From Trichomonas gallinae (taxonomy: Eukaryota), in the NCBI GenBank assembly GCA_008369845.1, contig MRSU01010642.1, positions 1-33,559 on the forward strand: DNA of 33,559 bases, given 5' to 3'. The stretch's first letter is position 1. Each line of letters opens with the position of its first letter. The notes below the pieces were generated by a model. That model was not told where the DNA came from. It saw nothing but the letters and a program-made list of their open reading frames with translations, and made no database searches. Position numbers and translations under genes: made by a program. Below, one piece after another: positions 32,407 to 33,559 of the stretch.

Positions 32407-33176
32407 AAAATAATTAATGAGAATGTTCATGAAAATGAAGTCGTTCAAACTCTATGAATCTCTTATTACTTATTTATATTTTGCAGTATGTGAATCTTTT
32501 GGTCCTATAGAATCTATATACTTTATCTGAAAAGATTTTTATGGGAATAACATGTGCAATAGCCTTTTTATATTCTCAATAAAATCCTCATAAACTATTT
32601 TTCGGATTTGAATATTTACATGACATATTTTATTTTTTCCAAAAAGTGAATTACCCGAATTTCTTTATCCTAATTTCGGATGAATGATATGAACTCTGTG
32701 TGATGAGTACATATAAAATATAACAAAATGGAAATGATTTAACGATTTCAACCATTTAGAGAAAAAATATAAGGTTATTTTTACGTCACAACTTTGCCAT
32801 GTAAACTGGCATTACAATAAAGTTGCGAAATAATTAGATGTTGAGTATGCCTAAATAATTCTACAACTAAGAAACGAATTAAAATCGAAAATTTCTGCGA
32901 GATAAAATAATCGAAAAATGCACAACTCATTTCGAACGAAATTGAAGTGAAATTTGGAAATAACTATGTCTAACATATCTAATAATAACAAAAAATATAT
33001 ATTTTACAAAATTTCACAGAAAAAAACGATGCAACAAAAAAAACTTTAAAATATTGATTTATATGTTATAAAAATAAGATGACCAAATTCTAAACCCATG
33101 ACGATAAAAACTCATAGAAAAAAATTATTATCGTCGACCAGCTTATTCACAAATATTTGATTTGGAAATTTTCAGT

Positions 33177-33183
33177 TCATTTT
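33177..33183 (+). promoter_or_regulatory. Initiator (Inr) element
   Basis: TCATTTT starting 12 nt before the aldolase ATG fits the trichomonad Inr TCA(T/C)T(T/A). Confidence 0.65.
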
Positions 33184-33188
33184 TAAGT

Positions 33189-33559
33189 ATGGCAATCTCA
33201 TACAAGTCCCTCGGTCTCGTCAACAGCAAGCACATCTTCGAGAAGGCTGTCAACGGTGGCTACGCTATCCCAGGATACAACTTCTCCAACCTTGAGCAGC
33301 TCCAGGCTATCATCACAGCCTCTGTTAAGACAGAGTCCCCAGTTATCCTTCAGGTCTCCGCTGGCGCACGCAAGTACGCTAACCAGACAATGCTCCGCTA
33401 CATGGCTCAAGCTGCTTCTGAGTACGCTAAGGAGATCCACCCAGAACACAAGCTCATCCCAATCGTCCTCCACCTTGATCACGGTGACTCCTTCGAGCTC
33501 TGCAAGAACTGCATCGATCTCGGCTTCTCATCCGTCATGATCGATGGCTCACACCTCCC
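33189..33559 (+). CDS. fba: Class II fructose-1,6-bisphosphate aldolase (5' partial, runs off window)
   Basis: MAISYKSLGLVNSKHIFEKAVNGGYAIPGYNFSNLEQLQAII..SPVILQVSAGARKY..PIVLHLDHGDSFELCKNCIDLGFSSVMIDGSHL with HLDH and SVMIDGS signatures. Strong C-ending codon bias. Absent from the ORF track because there is no stop in the window. Confidence 0.97.
   Translation, partial: MAISYKSLGLVNSKHIFEKAVNGGYAIPGYNFSNLEQLQAIITASVKTESPVILQVSAGARKYANQTMLRYMAQAASEYAKEIHPEHKLIPIVLHLDHGDSFELCKNCIDLGFSSVMIDGSHL

Noticed and set aside
33198..33540. Track ORFs 33198-33482(-) and 33256-33540(+)
   Set aside because: Shadows of the aldolase frame starting at 33189.

Overview
AT-rich eukaryotic DNA with intronless genes, very likely Trichomonas vaginalis or a close trichomonad. 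This is inferred from the ankyrin family type, a bacterial-type class II aldolase, a TCATTTT initiator and AAAGTGAC motifs. The window holds about 14 intact single-exon genes: a 1648-aa helical-repeat protein, an iPGM/ApgM-like small protein, a PLAC8 protein, a Cwc24-like CCCH protein, an ankyrin protein, an atypical ARF-like GTPase, a coiled-coil protein, a TopBP1-like BRCT protein, a CCDC87-like protein, an amino acid permease, an ASM/PPN1-like metallophosphoesterase, two hypothetical proteins and the 5' part of class II fructose-bisphosphate aldolase. It also contains an importin-beta-like pseudogene and an ankyrin remnant. The least explained signals are non-coding: a TTTACRTGDCA motif found about 20 times in intergenic DNA (as degenerate tandem arrays and a MITE-like inverted pair), a GC-rich hairpin at the window start and a T25 tract. 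No prokaryotic-type system (CRISPR, operon, rRNA or tRNA) was seen, and I cannot claim a complete novel system from the sequence alone.
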